A DNA stretch of 64,000 nt from a virus. The notes under the pieces are model-generated. The model was given only the letters and a program-made list of their open reading frames with translations, searched no databases and was not told the DNA's origin. Positions 13,777 through 24,267 of this stretch are shown here, in pieces. The DNA is taken from the IMG/VR virus record IMGVR_UViG_3300032288_004702, positions 64,001 through 128,000 of that record; one strand, 5' to 3'. Every line of letters begins with the position of its first letter. Position 1 is the first letter of the stretch. Made by a program: the position numbers and the translations under genes.

Positions 13777-15096
13777 TTATCCAGTTACAACGATTGTGTA
13801 ATCATTGGCCGAAATTGTTCCGTTCATCACAACAGTAACAGTGTTTACGTTTGCGCGAGTTGTATCTGCAAAAACCGTTGCGCCTGTGGCAACTTCATAC
13901 ACTTGAACCATTACATCAGTTGTATTAAAATTATGGGTTACAGTTGTTGTTGAAACACCTACTGAAGATGCAGCACATCCCTGCTTCGCAACTCTTGCCA
14001 GCGCCGGAGTGCTGGTCGTACGGCCAGTTGCCTCTGATGCGGCAGAAGCAAGGTTTGTTCTTGCACCAGACTCTGAAGATGAGCCAGTACCGCCGTCAAC
14101 AACGGCGATGTCAGTGCCATTCCATGTACCGGTAGTAATAGTGCCGAGGGTCGTAATGCTTGATTGACCAACATATGTTGACGCGATATCAATCGAGTCG
14201 GCATTGACGGTTATTCTGTCGGATGTTCCGACGGCATCAATCGTATTGCCAGCTTTAGTAAGACCGGCTCCAGCAGTGATTTGTCCAGCACCAGAAAACT
14301 GCGCCCAGTTGATTGCATCGGTTCCAACAGTAATTGGGCCATTGCTTGTTACTACCCACCCGCTATCTGCGTTTGTGGTTCCCTCTTCAACAAAAGTAAA
14401 CGCCCCACCAGATACTTCGCCGGCACCATCGAAATCTGTAGCACGAACCGCCGCACCGGTCTCCTGAACAACATAAATGCCGTTTTCTGATGCTGTGGTC
14501 TGATTCTTGACAAGGACTCTGTCTCCAGCAACTAGTGTTACTGTTGTGTCAATTGTGTCGCCGGCTTCAAGTTGGTTTGCAAGGTTTACTGGACCAGTTG
14601 TTGCCGCTCTAACTGATTGCTTTACGTCAAGGCCAGAGCGTGCAGCGTCAACATACCCCTTTGTGGCGGCATGAGCTGGGTCTGTTGGTGTAGCAACTTT
14701 TATATTTCCGCTTGCATCGCGGATAACTAGCTTACTTGCAGTTGCCTCGGATGTTGCATCACCAAGTTTTGTAAAATCTGATGACGTCATCAAACCAGCG
14801 CTTGCTGATGTAGCAAGATTTGGGGTGATAGTTATCTGTCCGCCAGACTCGGTTATTGTCAGGGCAGTTGAGTATGAGCCCCCAGACACAACACCCGCAT
14901 CAGCGCCAATGCCAGCAACTATTTTTCGCCATGCAGCTGCCGTCGCGTCATATACTTTAATAACGCCATCAACGCTATTGAAGTACATGCGACCATCGAA
15001 CAGGTTGGTATTCGGGTCAGACGCAAGAACCTCGAATGTCGCATTCAGAATTTGATTCTGATTTAGGTCAAGATTTGTTACGAATTTTGTTGCCAT
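13777..15096 (-). CDS. Virion structural/fibre protein
   Basis: AATKGYVD...VKQSVRAATT...GDRVLVKNQT..SENGIY phage fibre motif. Confidence 0.75.
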   Translation of the reverse strand: MATKFVTNLDLNQNQILNATFEVLASDPNTNLFDGRMYFNSVDGVIKVYDATAAAWRKIVAGIGADAGVVSGGSYSTALTITESGGQITITPNLATSASAGLMTSSDFTKLGDATSEATASKLVIRDASGNIKVATPTDPAHAATKGYVDAARSGLDVKQSVRAATTGPVNLANQLEAGDTIDTTVTLVAGDRVLVKNQTTASENGIYVVQETGAAVRATDFDGAGEVSGGAFTFVEEGTTNADSGWVVTSNGPITVGTDAINWAQFSGAGQITAGAGLTKAGNTIDAVGTSDRITVNADSIDIASTYVGQSSITTLGTITTGTWNGTDIAVVDGGTGSSSESGARTNLASAASEATGRTTSTPALARVAKQGCAASSVGVSTTTVTHNFNTTDVMVQVYEVATGATVFADTTRANVNTVTVVMNGTISANDYTIVVTG

Positions 15097-15108
15097 TTGT
15101 CCTTGCCT

Positions 15109-15420
15109 TTAGGTCAGATAAGCGAATCCCGAAAATGCCGACGTGAACTCCACCTTTATTTGGGAATCACTAATATATGTTACCTCACCAATAACTACGG
15201 TATCTGCAGTATCAACAACGGTTATTGACGGACGACCCCCCAGCGAGTGGCTAATTACCCACTCTTCTGAGGCAACTGGCTGACTGTGAACATGTCTTCT
15301 TGTGTTGCCGCCATTTGCCGCTAAACGAACTACAACTTGATTTGGTGCATCCTGGTTTACGACAACTTTATTCGCCGTATCCTCGGTAACAATTACGTTA
15401 TTTGGGACGCTATTGCTCAT
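15109..15420 (-). CDS. Putative structural protein
   Basis: WVISHSLGGRPSITVVD...FSGFAYL. Confidence 0.6.
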   Translation of the reverse strand: MSNSVPNNVIVTEDTANKVVVNQDAPNQVVVRLAANGGNTRRHVHSQPVASEEWVISHSLGGRPSITVVDTADTVVIGEVTYISDSQIKVEFTSAFSGFAYLT

Positions 15421-15800
15421 CTCGTAACCTCTGGACTGAGATTAAAAGTTCCCTGCAAAACTCTTGACACAACATTCTGTGCGCTGATTATCTCTACGTC
15501 ATAAACTCCGCTTGTCGATACGGAGGCAGTAACATCAGCCGAGGCGTGTATCAGTATTTTATTTGTATCGCCTGCTACTGGGTTTATAGTTAGGCCGCCA
15601 TTGCCGGTCGTTAGTTCAAGAAGAAAGTTAGATGAGTCAATAGTTCTTCTAACTTGCATTCTTGCGGAGTACCCGGATAGGTCAAACGGTATAAATGTTT
15701 GACCTGATGGGTCGGTTGCTAGGTCTGGCTGCTCTATTTCAATCGTGCGAGAAAAAGTTGACCCCTGTTGGCACGTCATGTTGTAGTTACCGGCCAACAT
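15417..15800 (-). CDS. Putative structural protein
   Basis: QGSTFSR...DLSGYSARMQVR...GVYDVEI...RVLQG; start at MLAG (15800) or 15818. Confidence 0.65.
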   Translation of the reverse strand: MLAGNYNMTCQQGSTFSRTIEIEQPDLATDPSGQTFIPFDLSGYSARMQVRRTIDSSNFLLELTTGNGGLTINPVAGDTNKILIHASADVTASVSTSGVYDVEIISAQNVVSRVLQGTFNLSPEVTR

Positions 15801-15955
15801 TGCAGAAACTGCCTCCAAAATAAACGACTACACCAATGATTGTAGATTATTCAGCTCCCTAGTCAGCTCAAGTATTTACTGCATCTGCCTTTAATTGTCT
15901 CAATATCTATTTATGTTCAAGGTCCGCAATTTTAGAATAGTCTTGAGAAGATTTT

Positions 15956-17047
15956 ATGAAGAAGCCGCAAAAACCTACAGTTGCATTTCTCACGCATGAC
16001 TGGGCGTGGGGAACCGACCCACTCCAGCCAAATGGATGTGCATGGTATAGATGCAAGCTCCCGTCAGATGAGCTCAATAAGCGTGGATGGTTTACCGCAA
16101 CTGGTTTCCCTGGATTTAACAACCAGCGAGGATTTGGGATGTTGGTGGACGGGGGGAGGGCTGTTCACGGCTGGGACATAATAGTTTTAAAACTGTTGAT
16201 GCAGAAAGAGATACTCGAGTCAATCCCAAAAGCTCAAGCTATGGGCCAAAAAATAGTTGTAGATATTGACGACTGGTTTGACGGATTGTCTAAGTCGAAC
16301 AGGGCGCATGAAGCAACAGACCCAAAGAAGAACCCTGCGTCAAATAGGGAAATCTATGCCCAAATAATTATGGCAGCAGACGCTGTCATCACGTCAACAC
16401 CGTTTCTTTTCGAGTACTACGGCAAAAAGCGTGACAATGTATTTATGGTCAGAAACGGCATAGACCTTGATAGATGGAAGAAAAAATCAATAACAAATAC
16501 GCGAAAGACAAGAGTTGGGTGGGTTGGGGCAACCCACTGGCGGTCAAACGACCTAGAACAATTGTCTGGCTTTATGGGGAAATATATAAGGTCTCGCAAT
16601 ATTCTATTTCATCATTCGGGGCATAACGACAGTGCGCCATTGGCCAGCGAACTAATAGGTGTTGATAGGTCTCTGTCAAAAACGAGCCCAATGGCCCCAA
16701 TACTTCAATACCCGGCGTTATTAACTCCGATTGATATTGGAATTATCCCACTTAACAACATTCAGTTCAACCATGCTAAATCTTTTATAAAAGGCCTTGA
16801 GTATGCCGCTGCTGGCGTCCCTTTCATTTCTTCATACTCACCCGAGTATCAGTATTTAGCAGACAACGGAATAGGACGCATAGCTAATACAGAAAAAGAA
16901 TGGATATATCATTTAGACGAATTGCTAGACATCAATAAAAGACGGGATGATGCATTGGAAAACCTTTCGCACATACACAAGTTTTCAATGGATTCTCGAG
17001 GGGACGACTGGGACGCAACAATGAGATTTATAAAGGACAACATATGA
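15956..17047 (+). CDS. Glycosyltransferase (GT-B, GT4-like)
   Basis: VVDIDD, VGWVG, DIGIIPL...FNHAKSFIKGLEYAAAGVPFISS. Confidence 0.85.
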   Translation: MKKPQKPTVAFLTHDWAWGTDPLQPNGCAWYRCKLPSDELNKRGWFTATGFPGFNNQRGFGMLVDGGRAVHGWDIIVLKLLMQKEILESIPKAQAMGQKIVVDIDDWFDGLSKSNRAHEATDPKKNPASNREIYAQIIMAADAVITSTPFLFEYYGKKRDNVFMVRNGIDLDRWKKKSITNTRKTRVGWVGATHWRSNDLEQLSGFMGKYIRSRNILFHHSGHNDSAPLASELIGVDRSLSKTSPMAPILQYPALLTPIDIGIIPLNNIQFNHAKSFIKGLEYAAAGVPFISSYSPEYQYLADNGIGRIANTEKEWIYHLDELLDINKRRDDALENLSHIHKFSMDSRGDDWDATMRFIKDNI

Positions 17048-17865
17048 ATACTGAATATAAAGAACACCTTGAAGCACAGTACGCAGAACTAACAGTTCCG
17101 GCTCCAGAACCAGGGCCAGCGGACTGGAATGACGATGGTTTTGTAATCAAGAAGGGGTTGATACCGGAAAATCTGATGGAAGAGTACGAGGCATGTTGGA
17201 TTGACAACAATGCAGAGTACGTAGACGGGAAGCTATCAATGACACGGCCCGGCGGATGGCCAGACTGCACACCGTACCGCAGACATCAAGAAGTGATGGA
17301 CATCCTCACCTATAAGGAAATATCCGACACAATGGAGGAGCTAATAGGCGAACCAGCTGCTGTTCACCTAAACCTAACTGGGTGGGTAACAACAACTAGA
17401 GATTGGCACCAAGATACGTATCTCAATCCTCCGCATGTTGGCGATTACTACGTGGCAATCTGGATAGCACTAGAAACGATAAATCCAGATTCTGGGCCAT
17501 TTCAACTGGTTCCAGGCTCGCATAGATGGCCAACTGTTACTCAGGAAAAAATCCTTAACGCTCTTCCAGAAGATAAACGCGATTATCGTTGGCCTCGATT
17601 CAGTGAAGAAATACTGACTCCAATATTTACGCACGAAATAGAAAAAAGAAATGCTGAAGTTTTGACTTATTTACCGGAGCGTGGAGACGTTCTCTTTTGG
17701 CATGGTCGACTGCTTCATAGGGGTTCAAAGCCAAATAATCCATCGCTTGCGCGTAAATCGCTGATTGCTCACTATTCAGGAATAAACCACAGACAGGATA
17801 TGCCAAAAGCATTAAAACACGTAGATGGATGGTACTTTCCAATAGATGGGGGTAATAACGTATGA
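17044..17865 (+). CDS. Phytanoyl-CoA dioxygenase (PhyH) family 2OG oxygenase
   Basis: WHQD, IWIALE...GPFQLVPGSH, GDVLFWHGRLLHRG. Confidence 0.85.
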   Translation: MNTEYKEHLEAQYAELTVPAPEPGPADWNDDGFVIKKGLIPENLMEEYEACWIDNNAEYVDGKLSMTRPGGWPDCTPYRRHQEVMDILTYKEISDTMEELIGEPAAVHLNLTGWVTTTRDWHQDTYLNPPHVGDYYVAIWIALETINPDSGPFQLVPGSHRWPTVTQEKILNALPEDKRDYRWPRFSEEILTPIFTHEIEKRNAEVLTYLPERGDVLFWHGRLLHRGSKPNNPSLARKSLIAHYSGINHRQDMPKALKHVDGWYFPIDGGNNV

Positions 17866-18440
17866 GCAACTATCTAAACGCTGGATGTGGAACGCATTAC
17901 GCAAAAGGTTGGATAAATACAGATACATGGGAGACAGACGACACAACCCCAGATGTTCGTGTTGAGCCAGGAAAACCGTACCCATTCGAGGAAAATTTTT
18001 TTGATGCCGTATTTCTGGGGCATGTTCTGGAGCACATTCCATGGAAAGAAGTTCCGGCATTCCTCGCAGATATGAAGAGGGTCGCAAAACCGGGAGCAAA
18101 GTTTTTAATATGTGGTCCCGACGTCTTCAAGACAATCCATAGATGGGCGAATGGGCAGGAACCATGGGAAATGGTTATGTCGGTATTGGAGCATCTTGAC
18201 GTAGAGAATCACAGCGTGCCTGGTCTTGAGTGGTGGGATGGGGCACATCATCATTGGAATTGTCATAACGACCGTGTTGTAAAACTGCTTGATTCATGTG
18301 GTTTCTCGAACATTACTGACGTATTTGATGTAATTCCAAAGAATCCTCTTGGGAAAAACTGGAATGACGGGAAAATAAACTGGCCAGTCGTCGGTCATTG
18401 GCATTGGCACTTTGCGGTTACTTGTATAAACAATAAATAA
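17862..18440 (+). CDS. Class I SAM-dependent methyltransferase
   Basis: LNAGCG, FDAVFLGHVLEH, RVAKPGA. Confidence 0.85.
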   Translation: MSNYLNAGCGTHYAKGWINTDTWETDDTTPDVRVEPGKPYPFEENFFDAVFLGHVLEHIPWKEVPAFLADMKRVAKPGAKFLICGPDVFKTIHRWANGQEPWEMVMSVLEHLDVENHSVPGLEWWDGAHHHWNCHNDRVVKLLDSCGFSNITDVFDVIPKNPLGKNWNDGKINWPVVGHWHWHFAVTCINNK

Positions 18441-18475
18441 TAATACTGTAAAATTGCTCCGGGTGTATCGGAGGA

Positions 18476-20584
18476 TTGATGGCAGAGCGTTTATTACGCA
18501 TTTCACGAGCTCTTATATGGCTACCAGCATGTCTAGCGCTAGCAATAAGCTTATTTATACCAAATGCTTTTGCTTCCTCTGAAGTAGAGCCAGGGATTGC
18601 TCTTACTGTATATAACAATTTTGGTTACAACAATGCTCCGCCTATGCCGGATGTTTCTGGAAGACCAATAGTCGGGACAACAACAGTTCTGCAAGTTAAT
18701 CAAAACTTTGACCAATATCCATTATTCAATATGTATGAGGACTTTATTGTCCATTACGAGGGATATATAACACCAAGCGTTTCCGGAAGTTTTAGATTTT
18801 GGCCACAGGCAGACGATGGAACAAAACTATATATAGATGATGTGCTTGTTCAAAACGACTGGAGAGATAAGGGTGGCGGCGGCGCTTTATCTAGTTATGT
18901 CACGTTTGAAGCTGGCGTATCTAAAAAGTTTGAGATGTGGTTTTATGAAAATGGAGGCGGTGCATGGACAACGCTTTATTGGGATATTGGTTCTGGCTGG
19001 GAAATAGTTCCAGAGTCGGCTTTCACTAAAACAGTTGTACCAACAACTACAACCACAACAACAATACCTAAACGCCTTGGGACGCCAACAAATATTTCCC
19101 TAGCAGATACCGGCCATTCAATAATTGTTGATTGGGATGCAGCGAGTGATGATTCTGGAATTTCTCCAGAAAGATATGCAGTTTCTTGGGCTACTGGGCA
19201 GCTTGGATGGGGGTTGCCTACTGGAAATGTTGGCGATATTAATGCATTAAATACCGAACTAGAACTTGATTATTCATTATTTTCCTCTACTGGAGGAATT
19301 GATTCAGAGTACGAAATAAGAGTAAGGGCTGATAACGACACAGACGCAACTTACTCAGAATGGTCGCTCTCCGTACAGTTGAAGATTGGGACTACCCCAA
19401 CTCCGCCAACAACTACAACAAGTACTACAACTACGACTAGTACTACGACTACAACAGTTCCTGAATCATCAACATCTATTGATGAGCCAACTACTACAAC
19501 AATTCCAGTAGAAGACCCTCTTCCGACTCCCACTCCTCTTCCGGAATCGGAAATGCCTCGAACTGACACACAGCCCGCAGAACAACCAAAAGAGGAAGGG
19601 CAAATAGAAGTCCCAACAGGGACAACACAACCAGAAGAACAACCAGAAAATTCACCTGACAATTCTATAGTCCCAGAAGATACTCAAGACTCTATTAATC
19701 AGCAAGAAGATGTCACAAACGAGGTTCCAGTCGATGAAGACCAGCAGGCTGATGTATCTGTAAATAATATTGAAGAAATAACAGCTGATGAAATTACCCC
19801 AGAAGTTGCAAACGAAATAGTTGATGTTCTTACTAGTGGAGAAGCAAGCGAAGAACAAATTGTTGCAGCTGTTGACGCTCTTCTTGAATCAGAAAGCATC
19901 GATAATGAACTGGCAGCAGAACTTGCCACATCTGAAGAAGTACTACAGGCAGTTACAGAAGAACAGGCAGAAGAAATTTTTGATGCTATTGATGAATCAT
20001 CTCTTACGGAAGAAGAAGCACTAGCAATTGTAGAAGCAGTACAGGAAGCCCCTGATGAGGTACGTGAAACGTTCGAAGACACGGTTGACCTATTTAGTGG
20101 AACTTTTGACACGTATCAGATGGTTGGCCAGACAATCAGTGTTGGGGAACGTAGGACAATCGTTGCGGTAAACTTAATTGCAGCAACTGCAACCGCAACT
20201 GCCCTTGCCGGAGGCGCCCCAGGCCCTACTGGAGGCGGCGGTGGCGGCAGCTCGCCTTCCGGGGGCGGAACACCAGGAGGTTCTTCTGGGAAAAAGCCAG
20301 AAGAAGGCGAAGAAGAACAAGAAATGGCCGGGGAGATAGCCGGGGATGGCGTCAACTGGGTATCACAGATAAGTATCTATAAAACCGTAGGCGAGGAGAG
20401 AGTCTTGGATTTGAAGGCATTCATTAAGAAGTTTTGGCTAGGAGTCCTGAACCTGGGGTTCACGATTGCTGGCTCCGTAGTTGTCTACTTCACGCTTTCT
20501 GGGCCAATTCAGAAAATAGCCCTAGTGTCAACCATTCTTGCTTTTGCTTCATCTATGTACTTGCATATGAAAGAGCCAGATTAA
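18476..20584 (+). CDS. Secreted/membrane protein: PA14 domain, FN3-like domain, Thr-rich linker, acidic region, C-terminal TM helices
   Basis: Signal peptide; ADDGTKLYIDD...FYENGGGA PA14 motif; YEIRVRA; two C-terminal hydrophobic helices. Confidence 0.8.
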   Translation: MMAERLLRISRALIWLPACLALAISLFIPNAFASSEVEPGIALTVYNNFGYNNAPPMPDVSGRPIVGTTTVLQVNQNFDQYPLFNMYEDFIVHYEGYITPSVSGSFRFWPQADDGTKLYIDDVLVQNDWRDKGGGGALSSYVTFEAGVSKKFEMWFYENGGGAWTTLYWDIGSGWEIVPESAFTKTVVPTTTTTTTIPKRLGTPTNISLADTGHSIIVDWDAASDDSGISPERYAVSWATGQLGWGLPTGNVGDINALNTELELDYSLFSSTGGIDSEYEIRVRADNDTDATYSEWSLSVQLKIGTTPTPPTTTTSTTTTTSTTTTTVPESSTSIDEPTTTTIPVEDPLPTPTPLPESEMPRTDTQPAEQPKEEGQIEVPTGTTQPEEQPENSPDNSIVPEDTQDSINQQEDVTNEVPVDEDQQADVSVNNIEEITADEITPEVANEIVDVLTSGEASEEQIVAAVDALLESESIDNELAAELATSEEVLQAVTEEQAEEIFDAIDESSLTEEEALAIVEAVQEAPDEVRETFEDTVDLFSGTFDTYQMVGQTISVGERRTIVAVNLIAATATATALAGGAPGPTGGGGGGSSPSGGGTPGGSSGKKPEEGEEEQEMAGEIAGDGVNWVSQISIYKTVGEERVLDLKAFIKKFWLGVLNLGFTIAGSVVVYFTLSGPIQKIALVSTILAFASSMYLHMKEPD

Positions 20585-20731
20585 GCCAATATTGTGACTG
20601 TCTTTTTGTAAGACTCAATTTTTAGCAAACTTTCTTATTGTACAATTGGTTTTATGGCGCTGCGACGGAAAGACAATAAGCCCCAGAGCCCCAAACCCGT
20701 ACAAACACTCCCAAGAAGGAAGGCTAAAAAA

Positions 20732-21325
20732 ATGCCATCTAAGTACCCATACAAGAAAATGGTTCTTCCCAAAGAGGTTGAAAAAGTTGGGAATGGGAAG
20801 CTCACGCCGGAAATGCTTAAAAAGGTCAAGACTGGCGGGCAGATGTGGACGTGGGCAGCAATTGCTTTCAACCAGATGTACGTAGATGCCGAAAAAGCCG
20901 GGTTTGTTCTTAAGAATGTCGGAGATTTCCGCCCATTTGATGCTCAGCTAGCGATGTTCAAGGACCGCTACAGCGTCAAAGACGAGGGCCGGAAGCCGCA
21001 GGTCACCAGAGAGTATGAGGGTAAAAAGTGGTACCTCAAGCCTGGTAAAGCCCCCAGCTCCACGCCGGGCAAGTCAAATCACGGTTTCGGACTGGCTATT
21101 GACCTTGGTTACGACGTGAAGGGGAAGCTCACATCAATGGGCGGCAAGTGCCTCGACTGGATGTGTGAAAACGCTCCGAAGTACGGATTCTACCTACAGG
21201 GCGATGACCCGAAGTCACCAGAATTTGAAGCGTGGCACTGGCAGTACGTGTGTGGCGACAATCCTCCAGCAGAAGTCAAAACTCGCTACGAAGAGCGTCA
21301 AGCAGCTAAAGCAGCTGGCCAGTAA
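20732..21325 (+). CDS. Endolysin, peptidase M15 (D-Ala-D-Ala carboxypeptidase/VanY-like)
   Basis: FRPFDAQ, SNHGFGLAIDL, EAWHW zinc motifs; RBS AGAAGGAAGG before ATG 20732. Confidence 0.85.
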   Translation: MPSKYPYKKMVLPKEVEKVGNGKLTPEMLKKVKTGGQMWTWAAIAFNQMYVDAEKAGFVLKNVGDFRPFDAQLAMFKDRYSVKDEGRKPQVTREYEGKKWYLKPGKAPSSTPGKSNHGFGLAIDLGYDVKGKLTSMGGKCLDWMCENAPKYGFYLQGDDPKSPEFEAWHWQYVCGDNPPAEVKTRYEERQAAKAAGQ

Positions 21326-21340
21326 AAGACTTAGATATCA

Positions 21341-21589
21341 GTGGAAGCTGTACTTGTTGCAATAGTTGGCGTCATCGGTGCCATTGCGGTTGCCTTAATT
21401 GAATCAGGGCGGCGCACAAGCAAGGCTAGATGGGAAGAAAACAAAGCAGACCATAACTTTGTTGTAGACAAGATTGAAAACCTTGGCAAAAGCCTTGGAA
21501 TATCTATTGACAGAGTTGAAAAAGGCGTAGAGCGTACAGAAGCAAAGGTCGACCAACACATTCGTGACCATGCAAAAGGGGATGTGTAG
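21341..21589 (+). CDS. Membrane protein of the lysis cassette
   Basis: N-terminal TM helix plus coiled coil ending in HIRDH. Confidence 0.6.
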   Translation: MEAVLVAIVGVIGAIAVALIESGRRTSKARWEENKADHNFVVDKIENLGKSLGISIDRVEKGVERTEAKVDQHIRDHAKGDV

Positions 21590-21816
21590 TGAAAATAAAA
21601 GATAAGTTAATGATTTACATAACGCTTGGAATACTTGGTTTTATTGGTCTCGTTGTTATCGGTGAATACTCGTCAATGCTTGCACAGCAGTTTTCTACTG
21701 GTGAAAAATACAGTACAAACTCTGACGCTATTGCTCTTGTCCAAAACGCTCTTGTTGGTCTTATTGGAATCATCGGTGGATATTTTGCTGGTAAAAGCAA
21801 GAGTGATGGAGAATAG
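21589..21816 (+). CDS. Two-TM membrane protein, holin-like
   Basis: Two hydrophobic segments, IIGGYFAG. Confidence 0.55.
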   Translation: MKIKDKLMIYITLGILGFIGLVVIGEYSSMLAQQFSTGEKYSTNSDAIALVQNALVGLIGIIGGYFAGKSKSDGE

Positions 21817-21818
21817 TA

Positions 21819-22028
21819 ATGGCTAGTAAGAAACCTGCTAAACCAATTGCTGGCCAGTCAAAGCAAGTGACACAAGACCCTGCAGTTTACGGCTCTCCGC
21901 TTATGTTTATTGGCGGCAAAAGCGCATCATGCGCATGCAATAAATGCGGAAAGCTAACTGTGCGAGGAATGGTCAGAGTTAAAAACGATGCCTACTACTG
22001 TTCCGCGGGGTGCGCTTCACGTTCGTAA
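21819..22028 (+). CDS. Small Cys-rich protein
   Basis: CNKC...YYCSAGC. Confidence 0.55.
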   Translation: MASKKPAKPIAGQSKQVTQDPAVYGSPLMFIGGKSASCACNKCGKLTVRGMVRVKNDAYYCSAGCASRS

Positions 22029-22064
22029 GTTATAAAACTTAATTTTTCACACAAGGAGAGAGGT

Positions 22065-23513
22065 GTGTCTGTTTTGGGGATGTCATTTAAACGTTTTATT
22101 GGGGCTGTTTGTTTAGTAGCCGCTGCTGCTATTCCGTTTTCAGTATCGGTTTCACCAAGTGATTCAGGATTGCTCATTGGAGGCTCGCCGGCAAAAGCGA
22201 CGACCGGAGGTGGCCCAATAGTTCTCGACGGCATGGACCCTGTTTGCCACTCTGGGTATGAAGGAACATGGGGTTATATAGCTCAAGTTCTAAAGAAAAC
22301 ATACGACTCAGTAACTTCTATCAATAATGGAACAATTGCTGTCCTTGGTGCTAATGGTGCAAATAACTCGTGCGGTGGAAACTGGAATACACTTCTTACA
22401 ACAAAATATCTAGGCCAGTTCACTACTGCGCCAACGGTTAACTTCTATAACTCAACAACACAAGTAACAGACTTTTTCACAAACATAAACACTCTTAAGC
22501 CAGCAATAATTTGGATACCAGACAACTGGAGCCGTTCTTCTGCCGTTGAGGCACTGTTCACGTCAAATGCTGAAGTTATAGCTGACTTTGTAAACTCCGG
22601 TGGCGGCATTTTTGCCAACATGGGAACTTATGGATGGCTAACTGCGCTATTGCCAAGCGCCGTATATAACAATGGCGGATGCAATGGTGGGCCAGATGCA
22701 ACTGCAGATGGAACTGCAGATTTTGGCCTAACAAACACAATGGTCGCGGCCTGTTGGCACGGCTACTTCACAGGGAATGTAGGAACGTTAAAGACTCTTG
22801 TTGATTACCCATATCCCTCTATAACGAGCACACGGAAAGCCGTGTCAATTGGCGGGGGGAGCGTAAGCCTCCCTAGTTCTTTCACATTGGCAATAAGCCC
22901 AACATCCCCAAATGCTGGCGAAGATTTAACAATTACTGCTACTGCACAAACGCTCGCTGGAGTTCCACAGGCTGGCGTCACCGTAACAGTAACAGTAAGC
23001 GCCGGGCCGGATGCCGGTCAGACGTTCACTGCAACCACAAATGCAAGTGGTGTTGCAATAATAACCGTGCGAACTAATTCAACAGGCTCAGCCACCTATA
23101 CAGCTAATGCAACTGTGAATGGTGTGTCAAAAACAGTTTCGGCAACTGTTTCATGGAATCCTCCAACAACAACTATTGCTCCGAGCACAACCGAGGCTAC
23201 GACTACAACTGTTGCCCCAACTACAACAGCCCCAAGTACAACTATTGCGTCAACAACCACACAAGTGCAAATACCGAGCACAACCCAAGCAGTAGTAGTC
23301 CCTCAAACTTCAGTACTTCCCACAACATCTACGCCTCCAGAAACAAGCACTACACAGCAATTAATAGTACCAACAACAGTTCATGACCATAGTTCACATT
23401 CTCATGGACCGCTCCCGACAACTGGAGCAAATGCAAAAGCTATGTACGTGCTTGCTCTTCTTCTGTTTGCAACCGGCGTGCTTTTACTGGGATTTAAAAA
23501 GGAGAGAAGATGA
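22065..23513 (+). CDS. Surface protein with Ig-like (Big_1-like) domain and LPXTG sorting signal
   Basis: Signal peptide, Ig-like segment, Thr-rich stalk, LPTTG followed by a TM helix and KKERR. Confidence 0.8.
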   Translation: MSVLGMSFKRFIGAVCLVAAAAIPFSVSVSPSDSGLLIGGSPAKATTGGGPIVLDGMDPVCHSGYEGTWGYIAQVLKKTYDSVTSINNGTIAVLGANGANNSCGGNWNTLLTTKYLGQFTTAPTVNFYNSTTQVTDFFTNINTLKPAIIWIPDNWSRSSAVEALFTSNAEVIADFVNSGGGIFANMGTYGWLTALLPSAVYNNGGCNGGPDATADGTADFGLTNTMVAACWHGYFTGNVGTLKTLVDYPYPSITSTRKAVSIGGGSVSLPSSFTLAISPTSPNAGEDLTITATAQTLAGVPQAGVTVTVTVSAGPDAGQTFTATTNASGVAIITVRTNSTGSATYTANATVNGVSKTVSATVSWNPPTTTIAPSTTEATTTTVAPTTTAPSTTIASTTTQVQIPSTTQAVVVPQTSVLPTTSTPPETSTTQQLIVPTTVHDHSSHSHGPLPTTGANAKAMYVLALLLFATGVLLLGFKKERR

Positions 23514-23842
23514 AAAAAGAGATATTCGCAAACATATTGATGCGCATTGTTGCAACTTTTGCCGCATCAGGGCTCGGCGTCATAGGTGCGGGAACTATTG
23601 CTGGCGTCCCAGTGTGGAAGTCGGTATTTATGGCCGGGATTGCCGGCGTAGCAACGGTGATTGAGGGTTTGTCGCGCGCCTTCCTTGACGATGGCAAGCT
23701 GACAGCAAAAGAAATAAATGCAGTCTTCTCTCGTTTTGATAAAAAGGGAGCAGCGGTAAGCGATGAAGAAATCTCCAACCACGAAGAGACCGTCGCGAAA
23801 AGAGTTCGCGCTAGCAAAAATACTTCTGCCGCAGGGGAATGA
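23510..23842 (+). CDS. Holin-like membrane protein
   Basis: Two TM helices, DDGKLTAKEIN. Confidence 0.55.
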   Translation: MKKEIFANILMRIVATFAASGLGVIGAGTIAGVPVWKSVFMAGIAGVATVIEGLSRAFLDDGKLTAKEINAVFSRFDKKGAAVSDEEISNHEETVAKRVRASKNTSAAGE

Positions 23843-23922
23843 ATAGTGGTAATTTGTGATTAGGCCCTGCCGTCTGTAAAGGGACGTAGTGATTTTTTCA
23901 AATTTATCCGAAGTGACACAAA

Positions 23923-24267
23923 ATGGCGAAAAACCAGGAAGTTGACCAGGTTTGGCACAACGACGGGCACACTCTTCAACTCCGAATAAACAAAGGAGAA
24001 CTAGAGGTCCTCGAAGTCACCTGTCCTCACGAAGAAAACGCCGCATGCAAGAACATCGCCGGGGACTGCGCCGTGACATGGTTTGTGAATCGTTTTGGGA
24101 TGGAGTGCAACGGCGGGATATGCCCTCCGAGTGAATTCCTAGAAATATCATGGACACTGGTTGGGGACATAAATAATTTCGACTCATGCCAGGTTTGGTT
24201 CATGCCCCTGACTGACGAAATCTTTAATGCCTGGGTAGTTGCAAATAGCCAGTCTATACAGGCGTAA
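23923..24267 (+). CDS. Hypothetical protein
   Basis: 114 aa ORF. Confidence 0.6.
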   Translation: MAKNQEVDQVWHNDGHTLQLRINKGELEVLEVTCPHEENAACKNIAGDCAVTWFVNRFGMECNGGICPPSEFLEISWTLVGDINNFDSCQVWFMPLTDEIFNAWVVANSQSIQA

